Shown here: positions 1 to 11,764 of the stretch, in pieces
Position numbering within the stretch: position 1 is the stretch's first letter
Layout of the letters: each line of letters begins with the position of its first letter
Assembly: GCA_033442325.1 (NCBI GenBank)
Contig: JAWQFM010000004.1
Location: 552,979 to 616,978, forward strand
DNA length: 64,000 bases
Source: Salpingoeca rosetta
Taxonomy: Eukaryota > Protista > Choanoflagellata
Direction: 5' to 3'
Position numbers and translations under genes: made by a program
Notes under the pieces: generated by a model
The model's input: only the letters and a program-made list of their open reading frames with translations
The model's database searches: none
What the model was told of the DNA's origin: nothing

Positions 1-333
1 CGCCTCAGGCTCAGCAAAGTCGTCACACATCTTCACCAAAAAGAACGGCTTGCTGCGGTTGACAATGTATCGCAGCTCCTCAAACGTGCTGAACTTCGTG
101 GCCGTCCGCTTGCCATATGTTCGCGTGCCCAGAATCACAGCCATCCGACACCCATGCAGTGCCCGAATCACCGCGCTCGCAATGTCATCGCCAGGCGCAA
201 CGTCGCACAAAAACGTCTTGATACCGCGCTCCTCAAGTGCCCGCTCAAGCGCACGCCCCGCGTTCCTCGCCTCGCTGAAGCGAAGCGAAATAAACACATC
301 AAACACCCCGTCTGTGCTCACAACACCAGCCAT
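1..333 (-). CDS. TIR-domain protein (TIR_2/prokaryote-like), N-terminal part; runs off the window edge
   Basis: Manual translation from ATG at 333: MAGVVSTDGVFDVFISLRFSEARNAGRALERALEERGIKTFLCDVAPGDDIASAVIRALHGCRMAVILGTRTYGKRTATKFSTFEELRYIVNRSKPFFLVKM. Shows the FDVFIS box, GIKTF, PGDDI and EEL at the position of the TIR catalytic Glu. No stop in 111 codons, which probably explains its absence from the ORF track. Confidence 0.85.
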   Translation of the reverse strand, partial: MAGVVSTDGVFDVFISLRFSEARNAGRALERALEERGIKTFLCDVAPGDDIASAVIRALHGCRMAVILGTRTYGKRTATKFSTFEELRYIVNRSKPFFLVKMCDDFAEPEA

Positions 334-739
334 CGTGAGATCGTGGTTGCTGTCCTCGCTCACTAAATTCGAGTCTTCACAGACGAACGTAAATGCACGC
401 CACACACACGCACAACAAGACAGCAAATCACCGGAACCACATTTTCCTGTCTCCAGCCATTTCCCCACAAAATTCATGACACAGCGCAACCACGCCCACT
501 TCACCATTAAATAATTTCAGCATTTCGCGATGATACCCGTAGTCGACCAATGTAGGAGATGTGTATTGGAGTGGACTTGAGGACTTGATACAGCAATGGG
601 CAATGAACACAGACAGTAGGCAAGTGCAAGTGCAGGTGCAAGAGCAAGCGTGGTTGGTGTTGTGTGTATGTGTGTAGTGTGGTGTAGAGTAGTGGTGGTT
701 CGGAAGCAGGGAGTGCTGGAGTGGAACCACTACAATACC

Positions 740-1290
740 GCTCGCCGTAGCCGGCAAACGACCTGCCCGTCCCTACACAGGGCTTGGTCGAAACTCACAC
801 ATGCCAGCGCAAACACATTGAATGTGTTTGCGCGCGTACTCTGCTTTGCCACACAACCTTTACTGTCGTCATCGATCCACTGGCAGGATGCATTTTGTTT
901 CTTGTTGATTTTCATTCAATTCTGTCTCTTCGTGTGAGATCACCTGATCATGTACAGCGACAATTACACGGATCTCGTGCGTGTGGAGCACGGCATCGAC
1001 GCGGACGTCGATTGGCTGCACCGGCTCACACGCTGTTCCAAGGAGGATGACTGAGGAGGATTAGGAGGACTGATAGCAGTTGCACTGCTTTGCCCACCAG
1101 TTTGCCTAGTCATCCAGAGAGACCGCCGCGTATCCTATCGCGAGAAGAGGAGAAGGCGCGAGTACGACACGACAAGGCGATTGCTCACATGGAGAAGGCG
1201 AAGGAGATCTTCATAGCGACGCTGGGAAGCAGCAACCCAACCACAGCGGCCGTTTACATGAACCTGGGCGTCGCCTACACCGACAGCGGT
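740..1290 (+). pseudogene. Degraded TPR-protein remnant
   Basis: HDKAIAHMEKAKEIFIATLGSSNPTTAAVYMNLGVAY is a kinesin-light-chain-type TPR unit. Upstream fragments are interrupted by stops and frameshifts. Confidence 0.55.
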
Positions 1291-2415
1291 GTGCCCATCC
1301 CACAGTCCCTCAAAGACACGCTGTCCCGCATCCAGCCGTTTGCCAACACCCGCATGGCTGAACAAGAACAAGAACAAGAGCAAGGAGAACAGCAGCAGCA
1401 GGGTGGAGGTGACGACGAGGCACACGGTGTTGCTGCCAAGCCCACGGCTGTGCACGACCCTCATCAGTACAAGAAAGACGGCGATGCTGGCAGTGACTAC
1501 AACAAGAGCAGCGACGCGTCCTCCGAGACCACGCTGCAGCGCGTGTTTGTGCTGGAGACGACAGACACGCGTGCGGCGCATGCGTGCGTGCGCAAGATGC
1601 CTCTGTCTCGCACAAGTTTGTGGCGCGGCTGTGCTACCCAAACGACGTGCATGTGGCGGTGCTCGACCCCAAGCTGGGCGGCCTCCTGTCGGACCTCGTC
1701 GACGCATTCACCAAGAGCAGCGTGGCCAAGGACCTCGATGTGCTTGCGGCTGCAAGCATGGGTAACCGCATCTGCTTCACGGGCAGCAACGCCGTGCCGG
1801 TGTGGTCGCAAGCCAAGCTGTTTGCAAGCTTCCTCGCGCCCGCCTTCCACCCGTTTGCCCGCAGCGACCGCGTGCTGGGCGACGACAAGATCATGGAGCA
1901 TGTCCTGAACGACTACGGCCTCAGGCTCGTGCGCTACCCGACGCCTGGCCTGCTGCCCCACGCCGACACGGCACACGGGGCCATGCGGGATGTGTGAAGT
2001 TTGTGCTGCCGCCGCCCGTCACCAGCACCCCGCCCATCGCATCGCCCGTGGCACCCCAGCAGGCGCTGATACACACGTGCGACCTGGACGGCGCCGCGTC
2101 ATGCTGCTGGAGGACTCGCTGGACTACTACCTGGATCAGGACAGGGAGCGCGGGCTCAGCTATATCAACAGCACCATCGGCGCCCACATCAAGTCGCAGA
2201 TGAAGATCAGCGTCACGGGCATGCAGTACCGCTTCCTCGACTCGCAGCTGCTGGAGCTGGCCCGCAAGTTCCGTGTGTATGTGCGCAAGCCCAGCGCAGA
2301 GGACAGGGACGCGTGCGCCTCAAGCGTGCCCGTGACCGTGGAGGGCATGCAGCGGCAGCTGACGGCGTTTGACAACGCGGTGCAGGACACGCTCAAGGAG
2401 CACCTGTGCCACGTG

Positions 2416-3649
2416 CTCGGGCTGCCGGTCATTGACACGTCGCACGTGCCGGAGATGTCCGAGGCGGACGTCACCTTCCTGAAGCGCAAGCTGTTCAATT
2501 ACCTGACCAAGGCCAGCCGCACGCTGTGCCGCAGCAAGGACGGCGTGGTGAGCTATGTTGCGCCGCAGGACGTGATTGGCACGCCCTCTGAGCGCAACGT
2601 GTGGATGGATGGTGGCTGGCCGCCGAGATCTAATGCAAACGGTCATCCCAACGACGGAGTCGACGTTCCACACCATCGCCCACATCCAGCCCACGCGCTG
2701 CGTGTGCCGGGTGCCGGTGTCCGTGACCAAGGAGCTGGTTGCTGGACAGCAAGCTGAAGCGGCTGCGCAAGAAGGCGTTGGTGCTGATATTGGTTATACC
2801 GCAAGCACGGGCGCTGCTTCGGCAACTGCAAATGCTTCTGCTGCCACTGCTTCTTCTGCTTCTTCTGCTGCTGGCGACGATGGGGTTGGCTTGAGTGAGC
2901 AAGCAGCGCACGCAGGAGTGACATCACAACAGCGAGCACAGGGCACGTACGCCTCTGGCAGGGGTGACAGCCTGTCGACCTCAGTGCCCACGCAGTGCTC
3001 GAAGGCCCGCGCAAGGAAGTGGTAAGAGTGTGTTGATGATGTCTCGGGCTGCCGGTCATTGACACGTCGCACGTGCCGGAGATGTCCGAGGCGGACGTCA
3101 CCTTCCTGAAGCGCAAGCTGTTCAATTACCTGACCAAGGCCAGCCGCACGCTGTGCCGCAGCAAGGACGGCGTGGTGAGCTATGTTGCGCCGCAGGACGT
3201 GATTGGCACGCCCTCTGAGCGCAACGTGTGGATGGATGGTGGCTGGCCGCCGAGATCTAATGCAAACGGTCATCCCAACGACGGAGTCGACGTTCCACAC
3301 CATCGCCCACATCCAGCCCACGCGCTGCGTGTGCCGGGTGCCGGTGTCCGTGACCAAGGAGCTGGTTGCTGGACAGCAAGCTGAAGCGGCTGCGCAAGAA
3401 GGCGTTGGTGCTGATATTGGTTATACCGCAAGCACGGGCGCTGCTTCGGCAACTGCAAATGCTTCTGCTGCCACTGCTTCTTCTGCTTCTTCTGCTGCTG
3501 GCGACGATGGGGTTGGCTTGAGTGAGCAAGCAGCGCACGCAGGAGTGACATCACAACAGCGAGCACAGGGCACGTACGCCTCTGGCAGGGGTGACAGCCT
3601 GTCGACCTCAGTGCCCACGCAGTGCTCGAAGGCCCGCGCAAGGAAGTGG
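2416..3649 (+). repeat. Direct tandem duplication: 607 bp (2416-3022 and 3043-3649) with a 20-bp spacer
   Basis: Apparently identical sequence at offset 627; ORFs 2576/3203 and 2630/3257 are duplicated. Confidence 0.95.
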
Positions 3650-4476
3650 CGGCGGCGTCGAAGGTGCTGTTGCTGACCACGTGTGTGAAGCTGTTCCCAG
3701 CCAAGGTGAAGCAGGCCGTGTGGGAGGTGGAGCCATACCAGTACCACACCACCAGCGAGACGCTGCCGGCTGTGCAGCTGCGCGCGGAGATTCGCGAGGG
3801 AAGCATCATCAACGACCGCGACATGAATGCCGAGAGGAGCGGTCCCCTTGCGATAAAACGAGGCGCGCGTGACCACGTCCGGTCCGCTGGCCCTTCCGCC
3901 CAACATTGAGCACGTGCTGCACGTGGTTGCGCCAAACTTTGCACCCGAGTTTGGCAGCACGGTGACGCAGACGGCTGCGGATCTGACGACGGCGTACCGC
4001 GCGCTGCTGACGACGGCGCGGGACAACAACATCCGCTCGCTCGCCACGTGCGCGCTCGGCTGCGGCGCCTTCCGCTGCTCCCCATACGCATCTGCATGCA
4101 CGCTGTTTGAGGTGATTGACGAGGTGGGCCGCGACGGCACGCTCTTCGACACCATCCGCGTGACCATCCTTGCACGCTGTCGGCGTTTAAGCAGACGTTT
4201 GAGAAGTACTATGGCGAGAAGGTGGGCAGCGGGCTGTATGAGGACCTGCAGCGCAGCGCACTGGATGGGTTGGTCCATGCGCCGGCCAGCTGATCCCATC
4301 CACACGTGGCTGTACACGGGCCCAACGTACACGGAGCCGCCCTCCAAGGCGGAGCTGGATAACGAGGCCGCGTGGAACGAGGTTTTCGCACCACGCGACG
4401 CTGCTGATTGACAGCGCCTTCACCAAGTACCGGGCTGCCATCGCTGCCAAGCACAAGCGCAGCAATGCTGACAACG

Positions 4477-4495
4477 ATGATGATAACGATGGTGG

Positions 4496-4548
<53 letters not shown>

Positions 4549-4625
4549 GTGGTGATGGTGGTGATGGTGGTGATGGCAATGGTGGTGGTGATAATGATGG
4601 TGTTGGTGGTGGTGGTCACGATGGC
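4477..4625 (+). repeat. (GAT)n/(GGT)n trinucleotide tract
   Basis: Directly visible; encodes Asp/Gly in the pseudogene tail frame. Confidence 0.9.
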
Positions 4626-5734
4626 GATCAATCACAACGACCCCTGCCACCCCAAAACGATGTTCCCGGTGATGGTGCTGTCGCTGAGAACAACGACTAC
4701 GGGGTCAACGGAATCAGAGGCAGCCCCCAAGACAACAACAATAACCCCAACAATAACAACAACAACCACAACATTCTTGGCAATGCCAGCTAACTTGTCT
4801 GTCTCAGCCTTGGCTAGAGTCAGGTCGCTGCTGGTGCCTTCTTGAAGGACTTAGCCAGGCTAGTGACAGTTGGGTTGGTTTGGTACGCCAGTTTGGTTGT
4901 CTTGCGTTATCGAGGGTTGCGGAATGGTTTGTTCGGTGGTCGTTTGGGCCATTGTTGTTTCGTAGCAGGTGTTGTTTGAAGTGGGTGGTGTTGGCCTGTT
5001 TTGTGTTTGTTCTGCTCCCCCCTTTCAAGTTTTGTCTGCTTCTTTGGTGGTGGTGTTGTGCAAGACTGCACAACGCCGTTTGTCATTCACACATTCCTTG
5101 CAGCTACCCAAGCTCACGTTTGGATGAATGAAGCCTTACTTGCGTGCGGGATTGCGCACGTCTGCTGATTTGCCTGTGTGTTTGATCGTTGAACCATCTT
5201 AACTTTTCCTTGGTAGAGTCTTGTGTGAGGGAATACATGCTCGCACTCAGCACGCTCGTTCTTGGTTGAGAGTGCGCGTTGCTGACAAGCTTAACCGTGG
5301 TAGTTATTGTGAACGGAAATGAAACACGTGCGTGAACCGAACAATGAAAGTCGAGAGAGAGAGAGTGTGTGTGGGGGGGGGGTGTAAATGTGCGGTTGAA
5401 CCCGTGTTGAACCCCATGTTGATGTCATGTGGATGGAAGTTCATTTGCTTGCGGGCTGATGGCTCGAAGAAGTGTGGTTGCCTTGTTGTCCTGGAAGAGT
5501 TGCCTCTACCCCAGCATGAACACGACGCGCTACACAGTTGTGGAACAGCTTCTTCCACTATCACAATGCATGTACTCGGTTGAGGGTTTGAGTCGTTTCA
5601 ATTGGAAATCAAAGAGCGGTGAGCAGCGTCAGGTGCACAGAAGGCTGTCACAGGTATGAGGGAAGGAAGCAGAAAGATGTAGAAAGGCCACAAGCGCACA
5701 CGCACATGCACGACATGTGCAAGCATCAAGCACA

Positions 5735-6982
5735 TCAGCACCCAGGGTCGATAACGAGGATGCCCTCGGCGTAAGATGGGATGCCGTAGATGAGGCCGTT
5801 CGGAGCAAGCACGCCATCAAACCACTTAGCAGATCCATCAAGAGCATTAATGGTTGTTGTGTCGGTGGCGTTGGTGGTTGGATCGAAGATGAGCACGGAA
5901 GGCGAGTTGTGTGGGATGCCGATGATGTTGCCGTTGGGTGCGAGCACGCCACCAACCCACTTGCCAAAGCTTGTTGCCTCCGCAACTTCGAGCTCGTTGG
6001 TGGCGTTGGTGGCTGGGTTGACGACGAGCATCGTCGCAGTGCCGTGTGGGATGGTGTAGATGAGGTCGTGGCCTACAAGCACGCCGCCATACCACTTGAC
6101 GTTTGTGCCGAGGTCGCTGATGGCTGTGAGGTCCATGGTGAGAGACTCTGGATTGATGATGAGAACGGAGGAAGCCCTCAAGGGAATGCAGTAGATAAGG
6201 CCGTTGTCTACCTGTACGCCTCCGTACCATTTAAACGTTTGGGTTGACAAACCAGACAGAGTGGTGATGTCAGCTGTGTTGGTCTTGGGGTCAATAATCA
6301 GCACAGAGGTGGCATGAATTGGGATGCCGAAGATGAGGCCGTTGCTAGCCACAACGCCACTGCGCCACTTGTAGCTGCCAGTACCAAGGGACTGGATGCT
6401 TGTCGTGTCAGCCGTGTTAGTGTCTGGGTCGATGATGAGCATCGTCTCCCTGTTTGAAGGGAACATGTAGACGAGGCCGTTGTGTGCCAACACAGCACCA
6501 GACCACTTTGCACCACCCGAAAGTAATCCGGAGATTGTGGTTGTGTCGACGGTGTTGCTGCTGGGGTCGACGATGAGGACGGAAGGAGAGTTGTGTGGCG
6601 CAGCGTAGATCAAACCGTTGTTCGCCGTCACGCCTCCAATCCACTTTCCACTTTGTGAACCGAGCTGCCCAAGCGTCGTGGCACTTGGGGTACACACTTT
6701 GCCACGGACACGGTCAATCGCCCTCTGCTGTGTTGACACGGTACTCATCAGCGTGTTGAGCGTCTCGTGCACATTCACCCCATTCACAAACACGGGCTGG
6801 CTCATAGGATCGCTGGTGTTGATGTGAAGCGCACCCGCATCATCCTCCACCAGCGTCACCTCTCCAACAACGCTGCTGAGGAGCGGCATCCAGCACACTG
6901 CCGCCGCCACCACCAGTAGCACGGGGAGCAGCACCAACCCACGTGCCTGCAGGCACCCCATCGTTCTCATCAGCGCCATCAT
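5735..6982 (-). CDS. Secreted ~7-bladed beta-propeller repeat protein, intronless
   Basis: Signal peptide, then an N-terminal GALHINTS..QPVFVNGVNV module and coiled coil, then 7 repeats of KWxGGVLAxNGLIYxIPxxxxSVLIIDPxTxT. Confidence 0.85.
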   Translation of the reverse strand: MMALMRTMGCLQARGLVLLPVLLVVAAAVCWMPLLSSVVGEVTLVEDDAGALHINTSDPMSQPVFVNGVNVHETLNTLMSTVSTQQRAIDRVRGKVCTPSATTLGQLGSQSGKWIGGVTANNGLIYAAPHNSPSVLIVDPSSNTVDTTTISGLLSGGAKWSGAVLAHNGLVYMFPSNRETMLIIDPDTNTADTTSIQSLGTGSYKWRSGVVASNGLIFGIPIHATSVLIIDPKTNTADITTLSGLSTQTFKWYGGVQVDNGLIYCIPLRASSVLIINPESLTMDLTAISDLGTNVKWYGGVLVGHDLIYTIPHGTATMLVVNPATNATNELEVAEATSFGKWVGGVLAPNGNIIGIPHNSPSVLIFDPTTNATDTTTINALDGSAKWFDGVLAPNGLIYGIPSYAEGILVIDPGC

Positions 6983-7979
6983 ACTCCGAGTGGGTGAAGA
7001 AGAAGAGAGAAGAGTGGAAGAAGGAAAGAACAGAAGTAGGAGTTAAGTGTGCCTCCCTCCTTCCTCGTTCGCGTGTCTGTTCGCAGGACAGACGCAGCAC
7101 CAAGAGAAGAGAAGAGAAGACAGGATTGGTTGTTTGTTGTTTGTTTGTGGCGTTTTGGCTGGTTGTGGTTGTGGACGATTGTTGGGAATTGTGCATTGGA
7201 TTTCCAGCCACACACAAGCAAGTTCACTGTTTTGTTTGTTGTTGTGTGTGTTGTGTTGTTGAGAGAAAGGAGGCACGTTGAAACGCATCCATCCATCCTT
7301 CCTTCCCTCAGCCATCCTTCCTTCATCAGCTCATCACTGGACCAACAAGGACAGAGCACACACGGCACACGATGTCGGTGTCTTGCTGTGTGGTACACCA
7401 TAGCTTCACCACGAAGTGCAGAGAGTGGTGTGAATTCAACTCATGTCAAGGAGGCAAACATCGTGACCAAACACGACGTGTTCATCCAAAGGTGTGCGTG
7501 TGTGTGTGAGTGTGAGGTCATGTCACTCCATTGCATTGCATTGCATTGCTCAGCCTTATCTGCGCAACACGCGCAAACGCATACGCACACATACATCACA
7601 CGTTGTTCCAATGACACGTGCTCACACCCATCTTCCTCTCTTCCATTACCTCAGCTTGTGCTGGTGCACCTTTCCTCCTCTCGCGTCTTGCGTCGTGTCT
7701 GACGTCGTGACGCTCTCGTCCTCCCCCCTCCACCACCTTCTCCACGCTGCCTCGTGCCTCTATGTGAACATAGTGTCCACACAGCCAAGGACGCGCATAC
7801 GTGCGCCTGATGTACGCACGTGATGCAGCTGTCCCTCTCTGTCCAAGACACTCCCCAGCCACTGCTGCCGATATCATGAGGAGTGTGTGCCTTTCCTCCC
7901 TCCGTCTGGTTGGCACCAGCATGCATGCGTGCAGCGCCAAATCCTCCCCACCAACACGGCGTGCTCCTCGCCAAGACAG

Positions 7980-8550
7980 GTGAAAATATGCGCGATGTCC
8001 AGTGTGGGCCAGCTGTCCTTGCCAGGTCGTGGATGGACGAGCAGAAGAACAACGTGGACCTGCTGCTGCTGCTGCATGTGGCCACTTGACTCCACTACCA
8101 CCACAACAACAACAGCCATGGCGTCTCCGCAGGCAAAGCTCACTGTGACATGTGGATTGTGTGCCCAGAGCATTGCGGCCATCGTATGCGACAGCAGCAG
8201 TGTGTCAGGCCAACGGTGATCAAGACCACACTCATGATCGAACACAAGGCGGTTGCTGTCGAACATCTTGCAGAGGTGTCATCAGGCGAGCTGGCAGACA
8301 TTGAACGCGAGGGCGAGCACTCCATTGAAATCGTCTCACCGCCACAGCAGCGTGAGCAGGAGCAGGCTGTTCATGGGGTGCTCACGTCCTCTTCAGCTAC
8401 GAGCACACCTGAGAAGAAAGAACCGGCGCCTTCCGACAAGCGCCAAGACGCTGTTGCCGACACTCTTCGGAAAGCCATCACCCCACCCCAGCACAACATC
8501 AGCTCCCCACGCCTCTGACAACACCGACACCAAGGTGCAGGTGCGTGCAC

Positions 8551-8622
<72 letters not shown>

Positions 8623-9695
8623 TGTGTGTGGGTGTGTGCCGTTGGGTGCTCCCTCACTTTGGTACTTCCTCACTTCCACACATAATTCTCGCTGGTACAC
8701 ACTGCATGTACCGCTGCGCTGCATTACAGGCATGGCTTGCGCTTCGTGCGTGCCCAACATTGAGGGCGTATGCGCGGCATGCACAGCAATGTGTCGTGTG
8801 GGCCTGCTCACTGGCACCGCGACGGTGAAGCCCTGCAGCCATCATCGCCAGCATTGGCGAGATCGGATACAAAGGCCCGCGAGGAAATGCAAACACCAGC
8901 ACAAGGCATGACGTACCTCAGCATAAGGCATGCAATATGCGCGGCACTGCATCTCTGCTTGTTCTGTTTTGTTTGCATGCACGCGTGGTTGCTTGCATGC
9001 ACGCATGCCTGCTTTCCACTTCAACCTCTCATCCTGCTGCCGCTGCTGCTGTTGTTGGGCACGCACGACAGGCGATGCTGCGGGCCCTGCCCGATGTTCA
9101 AATGGTGCAGGTTGATGATGCGTTGGGCCGTATGCAAGTCAAACACGAGACCTATGCAACGGGACCACGCGACATGATCACGTGCGCATGTGTATGGGTG
9201 TGTGTGTGTATGTGTGTGCGTGTTTGCACTTGTACGTGTCGCTTCGTCTTGCTTCTTCTCTGCTCCCCTCCAACCGAATCCCTCCAACTGACTCTGTGTC
9301 TGTCCTTGCTGCAACACCTTCTTGCTACCCATCACCACTTACTAAAGAATGCCTTGTGTCATGCACTTCACACAACACCCATTCGTGACTGCAGCGCGCT
9401 GAAGGATGCTGGGGCACGCGTCGGAGCTGGACCACGAAGCACCACCACCCACCCACAGGAGCGAGATCCGCTTCTGCCCCATCACCTTCATCGTATGCAT
9501 CACCGTGTTTCTTCGTCGCGTCCATCATCGTGGCTGCGTGCGGCCGGACTCCTGGGATGCGCGCATGATCGACGGCATGTCGCGACGCTTCACCTCATCC
9601 TCATGCTGCTGGGTCTGATCTCCTTCGTTTCCCGGTCAGCCGTTTCTCCTCTCCGCGGCGCAGTCCACCATGCACGGTGCTGCCAACATGAATGT

Positions 9696-9756
<61 letters not shown>

Positions 9757-10826
9757 TGTGTTGCGACCACTTCCGCATGTTCTTGTCACGTCCGCCACTG
9801 CAGTGAATGAGAGAGCGTTACACGTGCCTTCTTTGCTAGCGTGTCGCGTGCACACGTGTCGCTGATCCACGTGCACTTGCCCTTGCGTTGTTACAAATCC
9901 ACCTCAGGGCTGCGTACCTGTGCTCCCTGGTGGTGCTCATTGTTGTGGCTGCCTCCCACGAGTACTCTGACTGGTGGTGGTGGTGGCGACCTCTTCTTGG
10001 GGACCGGCATTCTCCCTCTTCACCTTTGTGTCGCTCGGGCGTACATCGAACACCTCGCCAAAGGCAACATCTCCAGCCGGATGAAGGAAGGTACAGTCAA
10101 AGGCAATCGCATGGAGGAGCGAATTGACACCGAGCTCGTGCAGCGCGGCGCCAACCTGAAGGTGCGTGAGAGTGTCGGTGATGAGGGGTGGGTGTTGGAG
10201 TTGGTGGTGCTTACATGTGATGGCGGGTGGTTGGTTGTAGCTGCAGCAGCAATGTGGCAGTTGTTGCAACCTCAGCTGTGGTTGTAGCAGCCGCCTGATA
10301 TGCACTGTCGTCACATCTCGCTCACCCTTCCTCCCGTTCTTGTTGGCAGATGGTGGCTGGTGACAAAGTGCCTGTGGATTGGATGCACGCGTGCTGGAGG
10401 ATGCCGGTGAAATGGACGAGGCCATGATCACGGGGCGAATCAATTCCTGTCTCGTCTCCAAAGGCGTTATTGTCGTATGGGCGGCACCATGGTGCATGGT
10501 CTTCGAGGCCACGCATGTTGGCAGTGTGTCAAGGGCGCCCATCCAGCAGGTGTGTGTACTGGATACGACACGCTAAAACCCCCTTTCACACGTTCCTGTC
10601 AATGTTTCTGCAGACATTCCCACTCACACACACACACACACACACAACCTCTCCTTTCCTTTCCCTCCTTGTTCTTTCCCAGACAAGCTGGCGGGGCGCT
10701 TTGTGTCAAGCATCATGTTGCTGTTGGTGTGTGGGTTGCGCTGCTGACCTCGGGTGCCGCTGACACATTCGTCCGACGAAGGTGGCGTTCAACTGGTGTG
10801 TCTATGTGTGTGTGTGTGTGTGTGTC

Positions 10827-10867
<41 letters not shown>

Positions 10868-11760
10868 TCGTACTGGTGCTCGCGAGTCGTGGTTAGAGAA
10901 CACTCACACACTCACTCACTCACACCTCCATGCCCACACTCACCTTCACGCACTCACACGCACATACACACACGATCTCTCACACACTCTCAACTCTGCC
11001 TCCTCACAGGCCGTGCTTGACAAGACGGGCACGCTGATGGTTGGATCGCCAAAACTCGCGCGCGTGCTCGGCGATGATGACACGTGGACGGAGGACGCCC
11101 TGTTGAAGCTGGTGGCGGCTGCAGAGGGCAAACAGCGAGCATGCCCCTGGGCCAGGCGATTGTGGCACACGTCGGCGCTGTCTCTTGCAACGGACTTCAA
11201 GACGGTCTCTGGTCGGAGCACCTCAGCAATCGTAGACAGCAAGCCCATTGTCATTGGCATGCACATCGTGGTATTGGCAATCCAACGCCATCAGCGGCAA
11301 ATAGCGGCAGACAATGCACGAAGGCGACGAGACGCGTGGCTACACGGTTGGTGGGTGCTCGGCAGACGGCAAGCTTTTGCCTGGGCTACTTTGGTCTCGC
11401 TGACACGTGCAAGCCCTCGAGGCGAAGAGAGCGGTGCGCCTGCTGCATCAGCTCGGCTTGCGCCTGGTCATGCTCACACGGGCGACAACAAGGGCACTGC
11501 GCGGTCCATTGGGGGCAGAGGTTGGCATCGACAACGTGTTCGCAGCAGCGTGCAGGAGATGGAGGCGAAAGGGCGACGTGGTGGCGATGGTTGGCGACGG
11601 CATCAACATCGAGTCAGCGGACGTCGTTATAATGATCAAGGACAACCTGCTTGCTGGAGGTGTTTTCTGGCCATGCACCTATCGCGCGCGACCGTGCGCC
11701 TCCTCCACTACAAGGTTCATCTGGGCCGTGTGGTCTACAACGCTGCCAGCGTGTGCAGGT
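7980..11760 (+). pseudogene. P1B-type heavy-metal (Cu) ATPase pseudogene (ATP7/CopA-like), spliced, with frameshifts and deletions
   Basis: Motifs in order: ITGMACASCV (HMA), TGPRDMI, YIEHLAKG, ELVQRG, DEAMITG, ATHVG, APIQQ, DKTGT, TGDN, VAMVGDGIN, HLSRATV. They lie in different frames, and the CPC transmembrane segment is not seen. Confidence 0.85.
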
Positions 11761-11764
11761 GGTG

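Larger units (their letters stand above)
1354..4793 (+). pseudogene. Frameshifted gene with a C-terminal macrodomain and poly-Asp tail
   Basis: Consecutive overlapping ORFs in shifting frames. The 3780-4170 segment reads EIREGSII...TTSGPL..IEHVLHVVAPNF...LTTAYRALLTTARDNNIRSLATCALGCGAFRCSP, matching the macrodomain pattern (HxVGP, AY..L, SIAFP.ISTG.FG.P). The NAAN/GGG loop appears to be missing. Confidence 0.7.

Noticed and set aside
50-514. 154-aa plus-strand ORF
   Set aside because: Antisense shadow of the TIR gene.
5760-6650. Regularly spaced repeats suggestive of a CRISPR-like array
   Set aside because: They are degenerate coding repeats of propeller blades; no identical repeats with unique spacers, and no cas genes.
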